Part shown: positions 13,145 to 26,031 of the stretch, one piece after another
Layout: each line of letters starts with the position of its first letter
Position numbering within the stretch: position 1 is the first letter of the stretch
Source: Raillietiella orientalis
Lineage: Eukaryota
DNA: 64,000 bases
Assembly: GCA_036172245.1 (NCBI GenBank)
Contig: JAYWIR010000029.1
Span: 2,232,001-2,296,000 of the forward strand
Direction of reading: 5' to 3'
The notes under the pieces: generated by a model
What the model was told of the DNA's origin: nothing
Database searches by the model: none
The model's input: the letters and a program-made list of their open reading frames with translations, nothing else
Position numbers and translations under genes: made by a program

Positions 13145-13265
13145 ATGATTATCACCCGGTCATGTTGGGGCGTTTATTACGTAACGTCACAAAAGTGCAT
13201 TTGTGTGGTGGAACCGTTGGTTCTATCACGCGCGACGATCCTGTCGAAGAGCGGTGAGCAGAACT
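13145..13265 (-). mobile_element. Severely 5'-truncated family B tail (~120 bp)
   Basis: Reverse complement reads ctgctcaccgctcttcgacagg...aaatgcacttttgtgacgttacgtaataaacgcccc...gggtgataatcatc, matching 10322-10443. Confidence 0.75.
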
Positions 13266-13269
13266 GGAG

Positions 13270-13930
13270 ATGTGTGCTTGTGTCCTCCTGGTTTCCTGTC
13301 GGCGTCTTCAAACCATGTTGCTGCTCTTCGAGCCTCTCTTCGTGCCGAGCATTTACTAGAGCAGATGTCACCGACCAGCTGGAAGTTGCTTCGGGAGCAC
13401 AGACAGCTCCCCACATGGCCACTGTTCTGTTTTCGGCCGCCTGGACAAAGGCTCTGTTCTCGGTCCAGTCCACGAGGGCTTCCGGTCTCGATGGTTTAAG
13501 GACTGCTGCTCCTGCCTATCTGGCTTAACTGTACTGAGCCAAGGGATCTTTGGCTTTCGCTCCTTCAGACCTGGAGCTGGGGAAAGGTAAAGAGGTCATT
13601 CCTGTCGACAACGATGGACGCATGAATCTCCTCTTTCGAATGCATTCCCGTCCCCGACGAAGGAGCACAGCGGAAAAACAAATGCCGGAAGTGGGAAATG
13701 CTCCGGGAATCGACTCTTCCCCTTTCTTCAAATCACAGACTTGCTCTTGTTCGGATCTTAACCGGCCTTTGCTAAAGCGCCCTCCAAAGTGGAATGCCCA
13801 AGTCGTCCGACGAGGAAGAATGGGATGCTTATGGATGTGCTTGGTTGAGTTTGAAGATTGCTCGCCCTTTCATTTTGTGGGAGCGGTACGCTATAGAAGG
13901 AATTCACGTCTCCTTTCGACGAAGAGGGAA
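13270..13930 (-). mobile_element. Decayed RLE-type LINE fragment
   Basis: SDDLGIPL (~13800, GGLGIP-like) followed by a degenerate CxxKC region; bounded on both sides by family B tails. Confidence 0.4.
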
Positions 13931-13938
13931 GTGCACAA

Positions 13939-14650
13939 GGATGATTCTCATCCGGTTATGCCGAGATTTATCACGTTAAGTAATAAAAATGCATTTCCTT
14001 GGTAGAACCGTTGGCTCTACCACGCGCAACGAACCTGCCGAAGAGTGGTGAGCAGACGGGCGAGGTCCGCTTCGGCAGCGTAGGGGGAAGGGAAGACAAA
14101 AAAGATAAGCAAAATGGGGGAGGAGAATTTAAGCACGCGGAGGGGAGGGAGAGGATTTAGGAAGGGATCTCGCGGTACGTTGCCAGGTGTCCTCTGCATG
14201 CTTCTCGGGATGCCGGCAAGTTCTGTCCGTGTCCCGCCCAGGTGGGGCCATCTCGAGGCGGTTCTCGGAAAGATTCGTATCCAGTGGATGGCATCCCTAC
14301 CATTCCGTCCTCTTCCCGCGTTCCGGACTGCCACGATTCCACGGGAAAAGATTCGCTCCTCTATGTTCAGTGGCGAAGGCGCACGTTGCACAGGATTCCC
14401 CAACGCAGCACCAGCACCGCCGACTCCAGCCAATGAGGGCTGAGGGAAGGGAGAGCGCCGCTGTTCCAGCACTCTGGGGGACAATTCACCTCCTCCGTAA
14501 GGATGCCGAGCATCTCTCTTCAGCGTGCAAGTCCGTGGGGGTGGTACACTCGGGGTCGCAGCGTCCTTCACTTCCCGAGTTGTCCACGCCCCCAACAGTT
14601 TCTTGTTTGCCGCTATGCAGCGAGTCACTTCCCTCCTTGCCAGGATAACG
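13939..14650 (-). mobile_element. Family B copy with internal deletion
   Basis: Near-identical reverse complement of ~10040-10440 and clearly homologous to ~9000-9225; lacks the zinc-knuckle segment. Confidence 0.8.
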
Positions 14651-14659
14651 CCATCCTAG

Positions 14660-15230
14660 GTTGACGGAAATCGTTTTGGTTTCTGTTCTCCTTCCAGCTT
14701 TTCTTTTCTTTTCTTTTTGGTTTTCTTCTTTTTCGGTTCGCAAGGTGCTGAAGAACCATTTGCCTCCGTGGGGCCTCAGGACGCTCCTTAACACCGTCCA
14801 CGCCACGCAAGGGTGCATGATGTGGGCAGTATGGGAGGAAGCGCAAATTCTTCTTCAAGCTATAGCGGGTACCCCGGGAGTAAACCACCATATGAATTTA
14901 GGACGGGCTCTGGAGGAAGGAGTCCGTTTCTCTTACTCTTGGGAGGAAATCCTCGTCCAGGTTGTCTTCGAAAGGAACCGATTCCTTGGTTCCTGGAAGA
15001 ATCCCGGAGTCAGCTTCCAATTCCAGCCAACCAACGGAAGCACCGGGAGTTTTTCCCGGCTTCCACCATCACCGCACCTGAAGTCTGATGCCAACCAGCG
15101 CCATCCTGCGGAAGAAACTCGAAACCCACGGCACCCCCATTCCTCGGCGTCGATCGTTCTCCGGTGGGATTCGAACCTGCAACTCCTGGCGACGCGAGCA
15201 AAGAGCTTTGTGCCACGGCCCCCGCGCGTT
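14660..15230 (-). mobile_element. Family A copy, internally shortened, joined to family B
   Basis: B box GGTTCGAATCCC (15166-15177, - strand) with a weak A-box-like gtggcac upstream; 14690-14900 is homologous to 6480-6660. Confidence 0.6.
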
Positions 15231-18200
15231 GTTATCATATCACTCTTCCCCTATTTTTCGCATTCCTCTGTTCTTCCCTGCTTTAGCAGATCCCGAATGC
15301 ATTGAATTTTCATAAGCTTCTCGAGTTGAAACGCACTGGATCAAGAGGCAGCACTCTGGCTGTTTGAAATCCTCCCCGCTGCTTGCAAGTGAATTCGGGG
15401 AACGCTTGGGCGAATTTCCACTTCATTCAAACGTGTACGGTCCAGTCAAGGACGTTCGAATTTTTTTTCCTTTGCTTTGGGGACGGTATTCGGTGTGGAC
15501 CTCCAGAATTAGCTAACTCAAGATACCCTGAGGTTCGACATTTTTTCCTTCTGGCACCTATTTAAGAAAAAAACACCAAACTGAACGCTACTGAGGTGCA
15601 CTACTGCATGTCCTGCCACTGCGGTTCATTGAATTGTTCCCTTAAATGAGATGAAGGCAGCAATCGAAGTTTCCGGTATGTTCGATGTAAGGACTTTGCT
15701 TAGTTCAGACAGGTCAGTGAAGACTTCACTGAATTCCTCAGTCTGGTCCTTGATGGGTAGTCGCGATGTAAAGGATTCAAGCAGATGCACATCTTTGTTT
15801 GCATGAATTGCTCACTCGTCTAAAGGGTAACTGCATCCTGCAGATTTCCATTGACCGCTGACCAATTGTGCCATTTGTTACGAGCGGCTCGTTCATGGAA
15901 ACAAACGGCGAGGCAGAATGCCCGTACCAGTGCCATCTGTGCATTGATTTCAGAACCAAACTCGATGAACGTTTAGTTTTTGTGGAATCTTTAGTAATGA
16001 GAAAAATACCGGCAGTCAATTCATTTTTATTGGCCACAGACACTGCAGAAATCTTTTTTCTTTGTAGTCATCTTCAAAAACGCCTTCACGAAGAAAAACT
16101 GACTCCATGCTCTGGCATGAAGGTCTTAGCTGTTTAGTCCTCAACGTGTTTGAAATGTTGGCATTTGTTTTCTGAGACTTTCATCCCTAGCTCTTCCTTC
16201 AGCTTAAGAAGTCCCGAAATTCCCACTTTCTTCACAATCGACTCTCCTTTTGTCTTTCATAAGGCGATCTCATGTTAAAGGAAATCCATTTATCGTAAAT
16301 TTTCTTGTAATCAGCAAGCATAAGATGTAAGCTGGACAAAATTCTGCATCGCACTTCCTTTTCATTTTGCTACGCTGATTGATGCCGAATCGGATGGCCT
16401 ACTTTTTTTCGTTACTACGCGGGACGTCACCCACAAAATATGTGGGGATAACAGGTTGTTTTCTGATGGGTAGGGACGTACAACACAATGGCAATGTCAT
16501 CCATGTCACTCTGCTTGGGAAATCTCAACCGAAGTCACGTTGACTTTAGTGTACACAAGTTGTTCAAAATGACGAAACTACATGTGATGCTCTTGTTTAG
16601 TTTCCATTTTTATTGTAGTGTGGGAAGAGTGTTCCAGAGGTGATCAAGTTTTGCTTTCAGCCAAAACGACGAAAAGAGATGGGGCTTACTCTCCAGGAAG
16701 TCATTATCCTGAAGCATGACCCTCAGAACTACAGTGCTCTGAAATCACAAATAATCGGAAAACAAAACGATACTACTGGAGGAGGAAACTGGGACATGTT
16801 ATCTGGACTTGAGACTTTCCACTCACTGTGACTTTTCTTTTGTTTCTTTAATGCACAGGAAAACACGAAAAAGTGAGGCTTCCAAGTGTTGGCTATTAAG
16901 TGCCCATCCTTGTTGCTCCCTTAAGCACGAACTTCTTAGAAGATGGAATATCCTTACCGTTAGCAAGCTGCTCGGCAAAAGGCTACATGGAAACTGGAAA
17001 TATATTTTCCCCGTGCTCTCCCTTCAAGGATCGATCGTTGTGCAACCTTTGAGAGGTTTCATCTTCAGTTACAGTGACGATTCTTTGCACACGTCCCGAA
17101 AAAAAAAAAAAAAAACATTGGAAACCATCTTTCAGGCGTCAAGGACCTGGTCGTCTTTTTTATTATTATAACTAACTCGTTACTCCTCCCTGAATCAAGT
17201 TTCTGGTTAACTTAATGTCTGGAAGAGGAACGGAGCAAGAAAACCGGCATTCTCCGTCTCTTCGGTCAGTTGACCTCCGAGGGATGCGCGCGCGGGAGGC
17301 GTTCAGAACGCTTTCCCTACGTGCGAGCAGGTTCCTACTTACGTCCTAATGGATGCACTCAGGGATGGAGGGCTAAGCATCACTCCCCACCAGAGAAAAG
17401 TGACGATTCGATGTTTCCGTTTCCTACCCATATCAAATCTCGCCAAAAAGAGCATTAGGAATTTCGCTTTAGGTAAACCACAGTTCCAGGACTGACCATC
17501 AACACGAATTTGTTCCGTGCTCTGAGGCCGTTGGTCGTCGGGATGATCCTTACCGACTAAAGGTTCATGATTTTCTGTTCTGTGATTAATTCGTATTGCC
17601 TTCAGCTGAACCTTAGAAGCTCTGCGTTCCCAACCCTCGACGGAGCGGAAGAATTTTTGGCTGCCTTCAGTCTGGCTACACGATTCGTCCTTCGAACGAC
17701 CAATCCGAAATGTATTCTTCGTAGGACTGTTCTGGCTCTGCGGAGACCTGAATGCTTGTTTCAAAGTACAGAAAAGACTCCAGCGAAAAAGGAGGAAAAA
17801 AAACAACTCACCAGTGCTTCCCTGTTGGCTGACAGATACACACGGCTTTTGCATTTCCCTCAATGAGATCCTGAAAGCAGCTAAACCTCTCTTTTCGTTC
17901 CTCTCTTTTTTTGAAAACGATTCGAGACAACGTCTTCGTTCCAAGTGGTGTTTCTTGCCGGGACCTTACATGTCAGTAATACATAAAATTACATGTTGGC
18001 ATGAGGGATAATTAACATGAACAAATAATGGCAGCAAACAAAAGAAAAGCGCCAGTCAAGTGGAATGGAGGCTGCAAGCTGCTGCATTCTACACCTCATT
18101 GACTTGACTTGTTGAATTTGTACCACTTGGACAAGAATTCAGATGGATGGTCGTGGGACTTTTGCTTCGTCTCAAAGGTGCTGCAGACGTCGCCACTGCA

Positions 18201-18599
18201 CACGGTCTTTGCGGCTTGTTATCAATGGATGGATCAGATGCTTCATTGCTTGTATTTCCGGTTGCCAACACGAATGTAAACTATCAAGAGTAAACATAGG
18301 CGCGAAGTGCGCACAGTCGGCCATCATCTGTCGATGCATCTTGGAAGCAGCATTGACAAAAAATCCTCTAGCGTGTTCTTCTTTTGGAAACCTTCCAGGA
18401 AGCACTTCGTTTCCGAATTGCTTCGAATCAACTCTTAAAAGCCGTATGAAAAGTTTGAAAAATCAGAGAACTTCTAAAGTGTCGTTTACCTCATTGGCTC
18501 CAAAATTTGCATATGAATCTTCATTGCTTACCATTCTTGTACTCTCCTCATCCTTGAAAAGATTCCTCTAGTTCATTAGACGATCCACCCGAGAATTGT

Positions 18600-19260
18600 T
18601 ATCTGAAAGATCCCTTAGATCTTCAGATCACAATTCTACAAATGCGTTCTCAAGCTAAGAACAATCGACGTTGCAGATCAGACAAAGGTCCCTTTGAGTC
18701 TTCGGATGGCACTGTGGATTTCTAAATTGTCGTCTCGCTTTTTGCCCTAGAAACCTCCCATCCTGGATAGTCGTGTGTGGCTCAGCACATCATTTCTTCA
18801 TTGCTGCTACTGTGCTCTTCTTCCACGAAGTGTAAAAAGCATTTTCTTGCGTCCCCTTCGCCCCACATTCCCTGGGATTCAGCTCGGATGGTTTGAGAGC
18901 GATCTTTCCTTTGCAACAGCTGGTATCCCTCAAAAAATACTTCAATCAGTCCACCCCTTTTCTAGCGTGGAGGCCTAAAGGCACGTTCCAACTGCGGACT
19001 AGCAAATGCCTGGGTGACTTGTTTACTGCTTGTCTCAGTCACTTCCTGCTGCTGCATCTCTAGCCGACACCCTCGTAAGATGAAGAATTTCGAAAAATTC
19101 CATCCCATTCCATCCATCCCGAACTCCTCGATGTTATTCCTCCCTGAGATGCCTCAAGATATTCCTCCAGCCATCGAAACCGCACCGGCAGTCGTTCCGA
19201 TCTCCTACGCCTTCGTGTCGTTCCGAAGTGTTTCTTCTTGTTTGCTGCTGTCTCGATAGA
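18600..19260 (-). mobile_element. Decayed RLE-type LINE 3' fragment
   Basis: GNGMEFF (~19100, QGxGxxxF-like) followed by a degenerate zinc-knuckle region (~19000-19055). Confidence 0.35.
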
Positions 19261-21349
19261 GGAACCGGACCAAGAACGCAGTTTCTCGCTTTATTCGCTC
19301 TGGGTTCGATCTGTTTATCACCCAGATATGATTTAGTAACTCCGTAGGATTACTGACTAGATAACATGTTACGTCTGGAGATTCATAGATTCTCGGTCTC
19401 CTTATCTTTAAAGTGTCTACTGCTTACAGATACATTCGTATTCTTAATGATTTTGTCCAGTGTGTCGCACTAGAATTCCCAGGAAGCTCGTCTCCTAATC
19501 ATTCAAACAATCTCGAACATTCTAATCAGAAATCATAGGAGACTCGGTTTGCTACGCGCTGTTGGTTATTATCGTGAGCATCATGAGAGACGTCGACTCT
19601 GAGTGTCCCTTTTTTTTGTTTTGGTTTTTTTTTGTTTTGTCTTGGGGATGAGCTTCTTGTCACTTGCCACTGGGTGTTCTCACCGGTTTCCGTGATTCCT
19701 GAAGTGTCCCCGTCCGCCTGTGCTTTTTGAGAACTTTCGAAGGGTCTATTTCCTAATCGGGAACAACATGGCTCTTTCACAATAACTTGGACTTCGTATT
19801 GCTAACTGGAGCGGCCTGAAACTGATGGAACTTTCTCGACACATCGTTGAAATTGTGAATTTTTCGCATTCGGTTGAAGCACTGGGGAGCTTTTCCGGGA
19901 AAACTTTTATTTGCAGGAGAAACTTCCACAAAGCTTCAGTGTGGGTGTTTGCTTGAAATTGCTTGAGGCCTCCTCGTTCACATCTGTGTTGAGTTCTCGT
20001 AATCCTCTTCCTTAGATCGTCACATCTCCTGGGTCGGTTGCTGTTCAGTGTCTCATGCAAGAAGGTGATGAAAGTGCGCCAAGGCTGAAGCTCAACTTCA
20101 ATCGTCGATTCACGAATCTCGTTGAATCTTCTGAATCCCCCGCATGATGGAACATTTGATGGAACATTTTTCATTCTATGAAATGCTCAGCCGGTCCCAG
20201 GGAAACTTCTCGTTCCAACTACTTTGTCCTTGGTAGGCTTCCTATGAGGTCCTTTTGCAAAGGCTCGCAGAAGCATTTTTCCTTCCTTGATGCTTGCGAG
20301 ATTTTTCTGGATCCACAGCAAAGGATGGCTGTCAAGTTCCAAGGTCCGTTTCCCATAATCGGCCAGAATAATTGCACTGTTCTTCTTGTTCGCAGGTTCC
20401 GCCATATCTAGAACTCCCTCGAGAGTTGTGTTTATGCAGCAAGAGCTCGCGGATTACGGGGCAAGGCAAAAAGCAACAGGAGCTTTCTGCTGCAACAGGG
20501 AAGAACTGTGACATTTCAGGTGCCACTAGCGAATCATCCAAGATTCCGAGTTCCTCGAAGGATTCTCAGCTCTGATGTGGCACCCGAAAGTTCCTTTAGA
20601 AAGAGAGGGTTTCGCAAAATATGAAAAGGCAAATGATGGCTTCAATGAAACCTCATCGACCTCTCTTCTCCCCTTTGGCACAACCTACAACGCAGATGTA
20701 TTATCCAATGGTGGAACCGAGCTGTAGCCACCGAGGTTTAAATGGCCTCATGGCCCTTCCTTACGGATTCATTTGCGTGCATCCTCCTGAGCTCAGTGAA
20801 GCTTTTTAGTGTCCTCGATTTGCACCTGTTACCTACGAAGAAAGCTAGTTTTTTCACGCTCTCAGGGTTGTCCGGAAATTTCCTGAAATCTGAAGATTCC
20901 TGAAATCTGCCAAATGACGTTGAAGAAAAAAAAAACCGAGAGAAAGTGAAACGAAGGTTCATGCTGACGAAAGTTCCCTTGGTGCAATAAAAAACGATCA
21001 AAGAACAGAACTTTGCTTCCCTCGTGAAGGGGAGAGCAGCACCTGTCAATGCTCAACCGCGTCTCCTCTGAGAACCGATGGAAGGATTCCTTCCAGCCAA
21101 GAGCGCAGCTAAGGGAAGAACCGAAGTGGAAGTCTGCGCCCTCTCGAAGGGGAGGCCTCCGAGTTTCTTTGCGGGAAACTCCTAAGCGGAAAGAAACCCG
21201 TTGTCCTCATAGGGCGGTGGTGACGAGGGGGAAAAACAGAGCGCGCGCGCTCCCCCGTGGAGGAGCGCTCGAAAACTTTTAAGGAGACTTCTTCCATTCT
21301 CAGAAAACCCAGTCAGTCGACCACCCCGAATCGGAGACCATGCCGAATT

Positions 21350-24260
21350 CTGCAGAAGTCTGAGAGAACTGAACGATTCATCCCCCATAAACTGCTAGAT
21401 AAGATAAGAAGGCACAGAAAGATTGCGAACGTGGAAGGCGTGATAATTTCGAGTGCAGCTCGGGATCGACAGAGCCATGCAGTTCGCATGGAACCCTTCT
21501 CCACGTCAGACCCTGAGGATCCATCTCCCTGGGTGTTTCTTACCATCACCAAGACCTGAGCCGGAGGCAGCTCCAGGCGAGCTCCCACTCGAACCATCCT
21601 GTGGCTGCTGCCCCAACGTTACTCTCCCTTCCGGCGAGCGGGAGTCGTCTTCCTCCGACAGAACTCTCCAAAGGGCAGGAACGTCTCGGTCCAGGAGGCG
21701 CGCACTAGACTCTTGAGCGCTCCCCAACTCCAGAGCCGATTGCTTTGGCAGGCGAGTGGGCTACGCACTCCTCAGCAGATTCTGACTTCCGTGGTCACCA
21801 TTTGGCTTTCCATGGCAATCGACACCTTTCGTGGGATCTGCCCAACGCTTGGTTTATCCTGCTAACCAAAACAGATCTCCCGGAGAGGAGATAATCGTTT
21901 CTACAGCGCGAGCTCCAGCGTCCAAGAAAGTCGGACTTCTCACCCATTTAAAGTTTGTGAATAGGTTGAGGTCCCAACTATTCTCCTTACCAGATGAAGC
22001 CCTGCTCTTTCCTGCCCCTTCAACAAGCATCAGCTGCCTGAGGGAACCAGCTACCAAATGTTTCCGTCCTTCTTTCGTCCATACACCCTGCTCTTACAAC
22101 CAGTCTCAGGTACCAGGATCTTCTGCACCTTAGTCAGAGCTGCCTCGGGTCTGTTGTATCCAGTCACTACCCACCATCTTCGAGTTGGGTTGGATGAAAC
22201 ACGCAGCTGGGGAGCACGCAGTCGCTGGTTTGGTTGCTCGAAGGGCATCGTAGAAACGAAGCTGGTACTGCCGCACGGAGTCTGCGATCTTCTAGCCGCA
22301 AATCCCCGACTTTTCGTTGGTCTGTACTTGCAGCGAAACTCGGGTCCTCCCAAACCGCAAGAGATTAACCGGATCATGAAAAAATTGGGTTCTTCTCTTG
22401 TCGTTACAGGAAGCAAGAAGAAGGTTCCACTGCCACCGGCGCTGAAAAGAGCCAACAAGGGTCGATCGGCGGGGCACCTGAAGAACACGCACATGGAGAT
22501 TGCAATGCAAAGAACAAACGTGGAATCACGTGACGCAGCAGGGGTTGCGGTCAGCAAGCGCTACCCGTAGAATCATAAAGAGGCAGTCAAAGGAAAGCTT
22601 TGAGTCACCAGGGGTGCTGTTTTGAGACTCCTGGCGCACAAGCCAGAGTTAAAATAAAATTGATCACCGAAGAATGCGAGATGTTGGGCTGGTTGCAAGA
22701 GTAGCCAAAATCACGTCCGAACTGTTAGCGGAATGCATGTGCGTGTGTTTTGTTTTCTGCTCTTCTTTAGGTTTCGGTCGCGTGGCGGACATTTTTCTGG
22801 ACCACATCTCAAGCATCTGCAAAACAAAAACAAAATCAAGCTGGACTCATCTGAGAAACAGAGTTCATACAGGAAGTTTTTGTTTCCGGGTTCTGATTCT
22901 CATGGAACAAAGAAAATCTTCAGTAAGGAAAGGTTAGTTTTTTTTTTTTTTCGACTCCGTCTTTTTATTCCGCTGGAATTTCCACCGTCTGCAGCATTTA
23001 AAACGTAGCCTTAGGGGATTTCGGTTTCAGGGGATTTGGTGTTTTGGCCGCTCTGCTGCGGCGCTTCTGGCTCGGACTCGTGTTTTCTGGTGAGGATCTG
23101 GTGAGAGTTGGAATGACGTACTGCTCGATCCCTGTGGAGCTGCCTTTCTCTTCCGCGGATGGATGCTGGAAGGCAAATTTGCTCCTATGGTCATCCGGAT
23201 GAGACACGAGAGGGACATGTGGCTGCAGTTTTGCAGCGCCACGAACGAGAGTACCCTCTTGGAGTCACGAAAACGGTCCTCGACGTAAGTCGAACTCTGC
23301 ATTTCAGCCTAATAAGGAGCTGGAGTGGCGCAAAGAAAATGGCGGTAGGTTGCAGAGGGTTCATGTCAAAGAGATCCTGAAAACAAGAAGCTGATGGGCC
23401 AAGCCATTTGTCTCTTTATGTTCCTAGAGGGAGTGCTTGCTGACCTTACGTTTTTTAATCACCGTGTGCATACTCTTTAGGTGCCCAGCAAAAGCAAGTC
23501 ACTTCCCCTGGGGGGATTTTTCGCATCCATAACAAGTCGACTTTGCTCATGGTGGAATAATTGAATAAATGGCCAGCTATGATGAATGCTTGACTCGTGT
23601 AGGCGATGACATAGGGGGATTTCCGTATACAGTGCTGTAGCATTCATGTACAACAAGCACCTTGGCAGCCGGTGGATACGAACACATCTGGAACCATCCT
23701 CATTCCAAATTTTTGGAGATCTTTGAAGAAGGCTAATTTTTAGAAGGGCCGATTCCAAAAAACGCGTAACGATCCGTCGGCCGTGGGTGTGTCTGCCAGG
23801 AACCCCATCGAGACAGATCTCGTGCGTATCCAAAGAACAAACAGCAGATATTGAGAATGGCGGAGGTCCTTCATGATGGGGACAAAATCCGGACTTTTGC
23901 GATCCGTTGTCGTGTCCTTCCCTGCTTCCGCTCGTGAGCATGTGGTCTCAGGTGCACCCACAGACTCCCTCCTGCACGGGCCCTTTTTTTTTTCCTTTCG
24001 AGGGGGTTTGCTGAGTACTGAAGGACCCTTCCTCGTTTCCAGGGACGCCCCAGTGCACTGGCAAGGCAGCGGCCTGCTGGCGGCGGGATGAAAGTGCATC
24101 GGCGTCCGCCAGGAAGCCAGGATCTAGAAGTTCCCACGGAGGACGCCGAGGAACTTCGCCTGCAGACTGTGCAGGCGAACATCCGGATGTTGGAACCGAC
24201 TTGGCGCTTGCACAAAGAGACGGTTCGCCAAGTACCACGAGAGCTGTTGCGCGCCCGGCG
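21350..24260 (-). mobile_element. Decayed R2/NeSL-like (RLE) non-LTR retrotransposon, RT through endonuclease
   Basis: Colinear degenerate motifs on - strand: LDTHEICLDGVP (~23820, LDxxKAFDSV), MNPL (~23360), TYVED (~23285, YADD), CGLGGPEF (~22350, thumb GGLG), AVETI (~21900, zinc knuckle), VGAR (~21580, RLE end). Many frameshifts. Confidence 0.65.
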
Positions 24261-24264
24261 GCTC

Positions 24265-24720
24265 AAGGGGCTCAACACGGTTCCACGTCACCCGAGGGTG
24301 AGTGTAGTAACTCTTCAAGTTATAGGGTGCAGCCCCGGAGGGACCACTTTATGAATCCAGGAAGGCTCCGGAGGAAGGAGTCCATTCCACTTACGCTTGG
24401 GAAAGAACCCCGAAGGGAACTCCCTGGTTGTGTCTCCGAAAAGAACCCGAAGGGAAAGTCCCTCTTCCTTATTCTCTCCAGAGGCACCCACCGGAGGGAG
24501 CCACTCCTCGTTTCTTCTCCGAAAAGGAACCGGAAAGGATCCGACCCTTCTTTCCTCTTCCTCTGAAGGGAACCCGGAGGGACGTTTCCCAGTTTCTCTG
24601 AAGGGCACTCCCCGAAGGGAACAGCATTCTTTCCGCACTCCAGAGAGGCGGCCTACGGGATTTCCTTCCGGTTGTCTCTGGACCATCGGAAGGACTAAAC
24701 CACAGAGGGAGCCGACTTTT
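24265..24720 (-). mobile_element. Family A copy (partial)
   Basis: ccacgtcacccgagggtg...ctcttcaagttatagg...tatgaatccagg followed by the ~36-nt repeat array, as in 6587-6910. Confidence 0.65.
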
Positions 24721-25231
24721 CGATTCCCCTTCAGTAGCTCCGCCCTTGCACTCGTTTAGCTCCCGTCGCCACGTAGAGGAGGAAGCGGGAATTTTCAAGC
24801 GCCCCGAATTCCCCGGAACTCGACGTCGTCTCTTTGGAAGGGCGGGAGCTTCCCGTCCTCCCTCCGCATGTGGGACCAATGAAAGCGTTGGCTGGCAACC
24901 TTCTTGATGCCTTTCGCCGTGTCGCGCGTCCTCGCGCGTGAGAGAGAACAACACGAACGTGCGAAAACCCACAGGTGCACGCACACTCCGCAACGCAAAG
25001 TTGGACCCCAGCAGAGGTGCAGAAAGCAGTGATCCGACTTCCCGCGCAACGAGCACGGCGAGCCATGTTTCCTAGGCAACGCAGCTGCCGATTCGGATTT
25101 CCCATCCGACGCGGACGTGCGCGCCGATCCACGCGTAGGTCGATGATGCGCCGTGTACACACGCAAGGGAAGGGAGGAAGCAACGCTTGTGCCGCCTCGC
25201 TACGTGCTGATGGGATATCATGGAGGACCCG

Positions 25232-25387
25232 AATCTGTACACACCGACGTACAGATTGCCTGCACCTGAACACCTGTATGAAGTGAGTGCGCGTAATCTG
25301 TAAACACTGCCGTGCTCGTGAAATCTGTAATCTCGTAAATGTGTAAACACTGCCGTAATCTGTAAACACTGCCGTAAACACTGCCGT
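25232..25387. repeat. Minisatellite of (AATCT)GTAAACACTGCC units
   Basis: GTAAACACTGCC occurs at 25300, 25343, 25362 and 25374, with degenerate units nearby. Confidence 0.85.
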
Positions 25388-25449
25388 GCGCACGAGCGGC
25401 ATTCACGCGTGTCGGAATCTGTGCGGAACTCGGGCATTGGCGCGGAATG

Positions 25450-25900
25450 TACGGTCAGGCTGCACACTCGCGGCCGGCCACGTATGCAAAAGCCTGATGA
25501 CCTGCTGATGGTCACCGGGATGCCGTTGGGATGATCATCGGGATGTCGGGAAGAAGGCGTTTCGAAAATCGAGGTCTGGAGGAACCTTTGCGAGAAGACA
25601 AGGAACATTTCCTACACCCATCGTCCTCCTTCCGCAGGCAACGAGCTGGACAATCGCTCCCGGGGTTCCCGGAAAAAAAATGACTCGCCTTTGCTGAGCT
25701 TTCGGTATGCAGAGTGACGATAAGACTTTCGTGTTGGGAAAAAAGGGGCAAGCAGGTTTGCCTGGAGACGCCCACAGGATCCGGCGTTCTCCTTCCGGGT
25801 GAGCGGCTCCGGGGGTTTCCTGGCTATCCGCCCCAAGGCGATTTCTCGTCCGCGGATCAGGCGGGGCCGCCTGCGGCACTCGCCTTTCCCCAGTCGGGCT
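25450..25900 (-). mobile_element. Decayed RLE-type LINE 3' fragment
   Basis: RCLRKEDDGCRKC (~25605-25645) resembles the start of the CCHC knuckle. Confidence 0.35.
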
Positions 25901-26031
25901 CTCGTCCCGTGGCGCCGGAAAGGCAGACCTGACGCGGCAAAAAATTAAGTCCGAAATTTCGAAGGGATGTATTTTGAGGGAGCGATTTTTAAGGTGGTCC
26001 GAGACTTCCGGGCGAGCAGCGTCGAACCAGA

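Noticed and set aside
13145..13930. Family B tail as the native 3' end of the RLE LINE
   Set aside because: The tail belongs to the Tx1-like family B; here it is a 120-bp truncated copy abutting an older fragment.
15160..15230. tRNA gene
   Set aside because: B box present but no full cloverleaf; treated as a repeat head.
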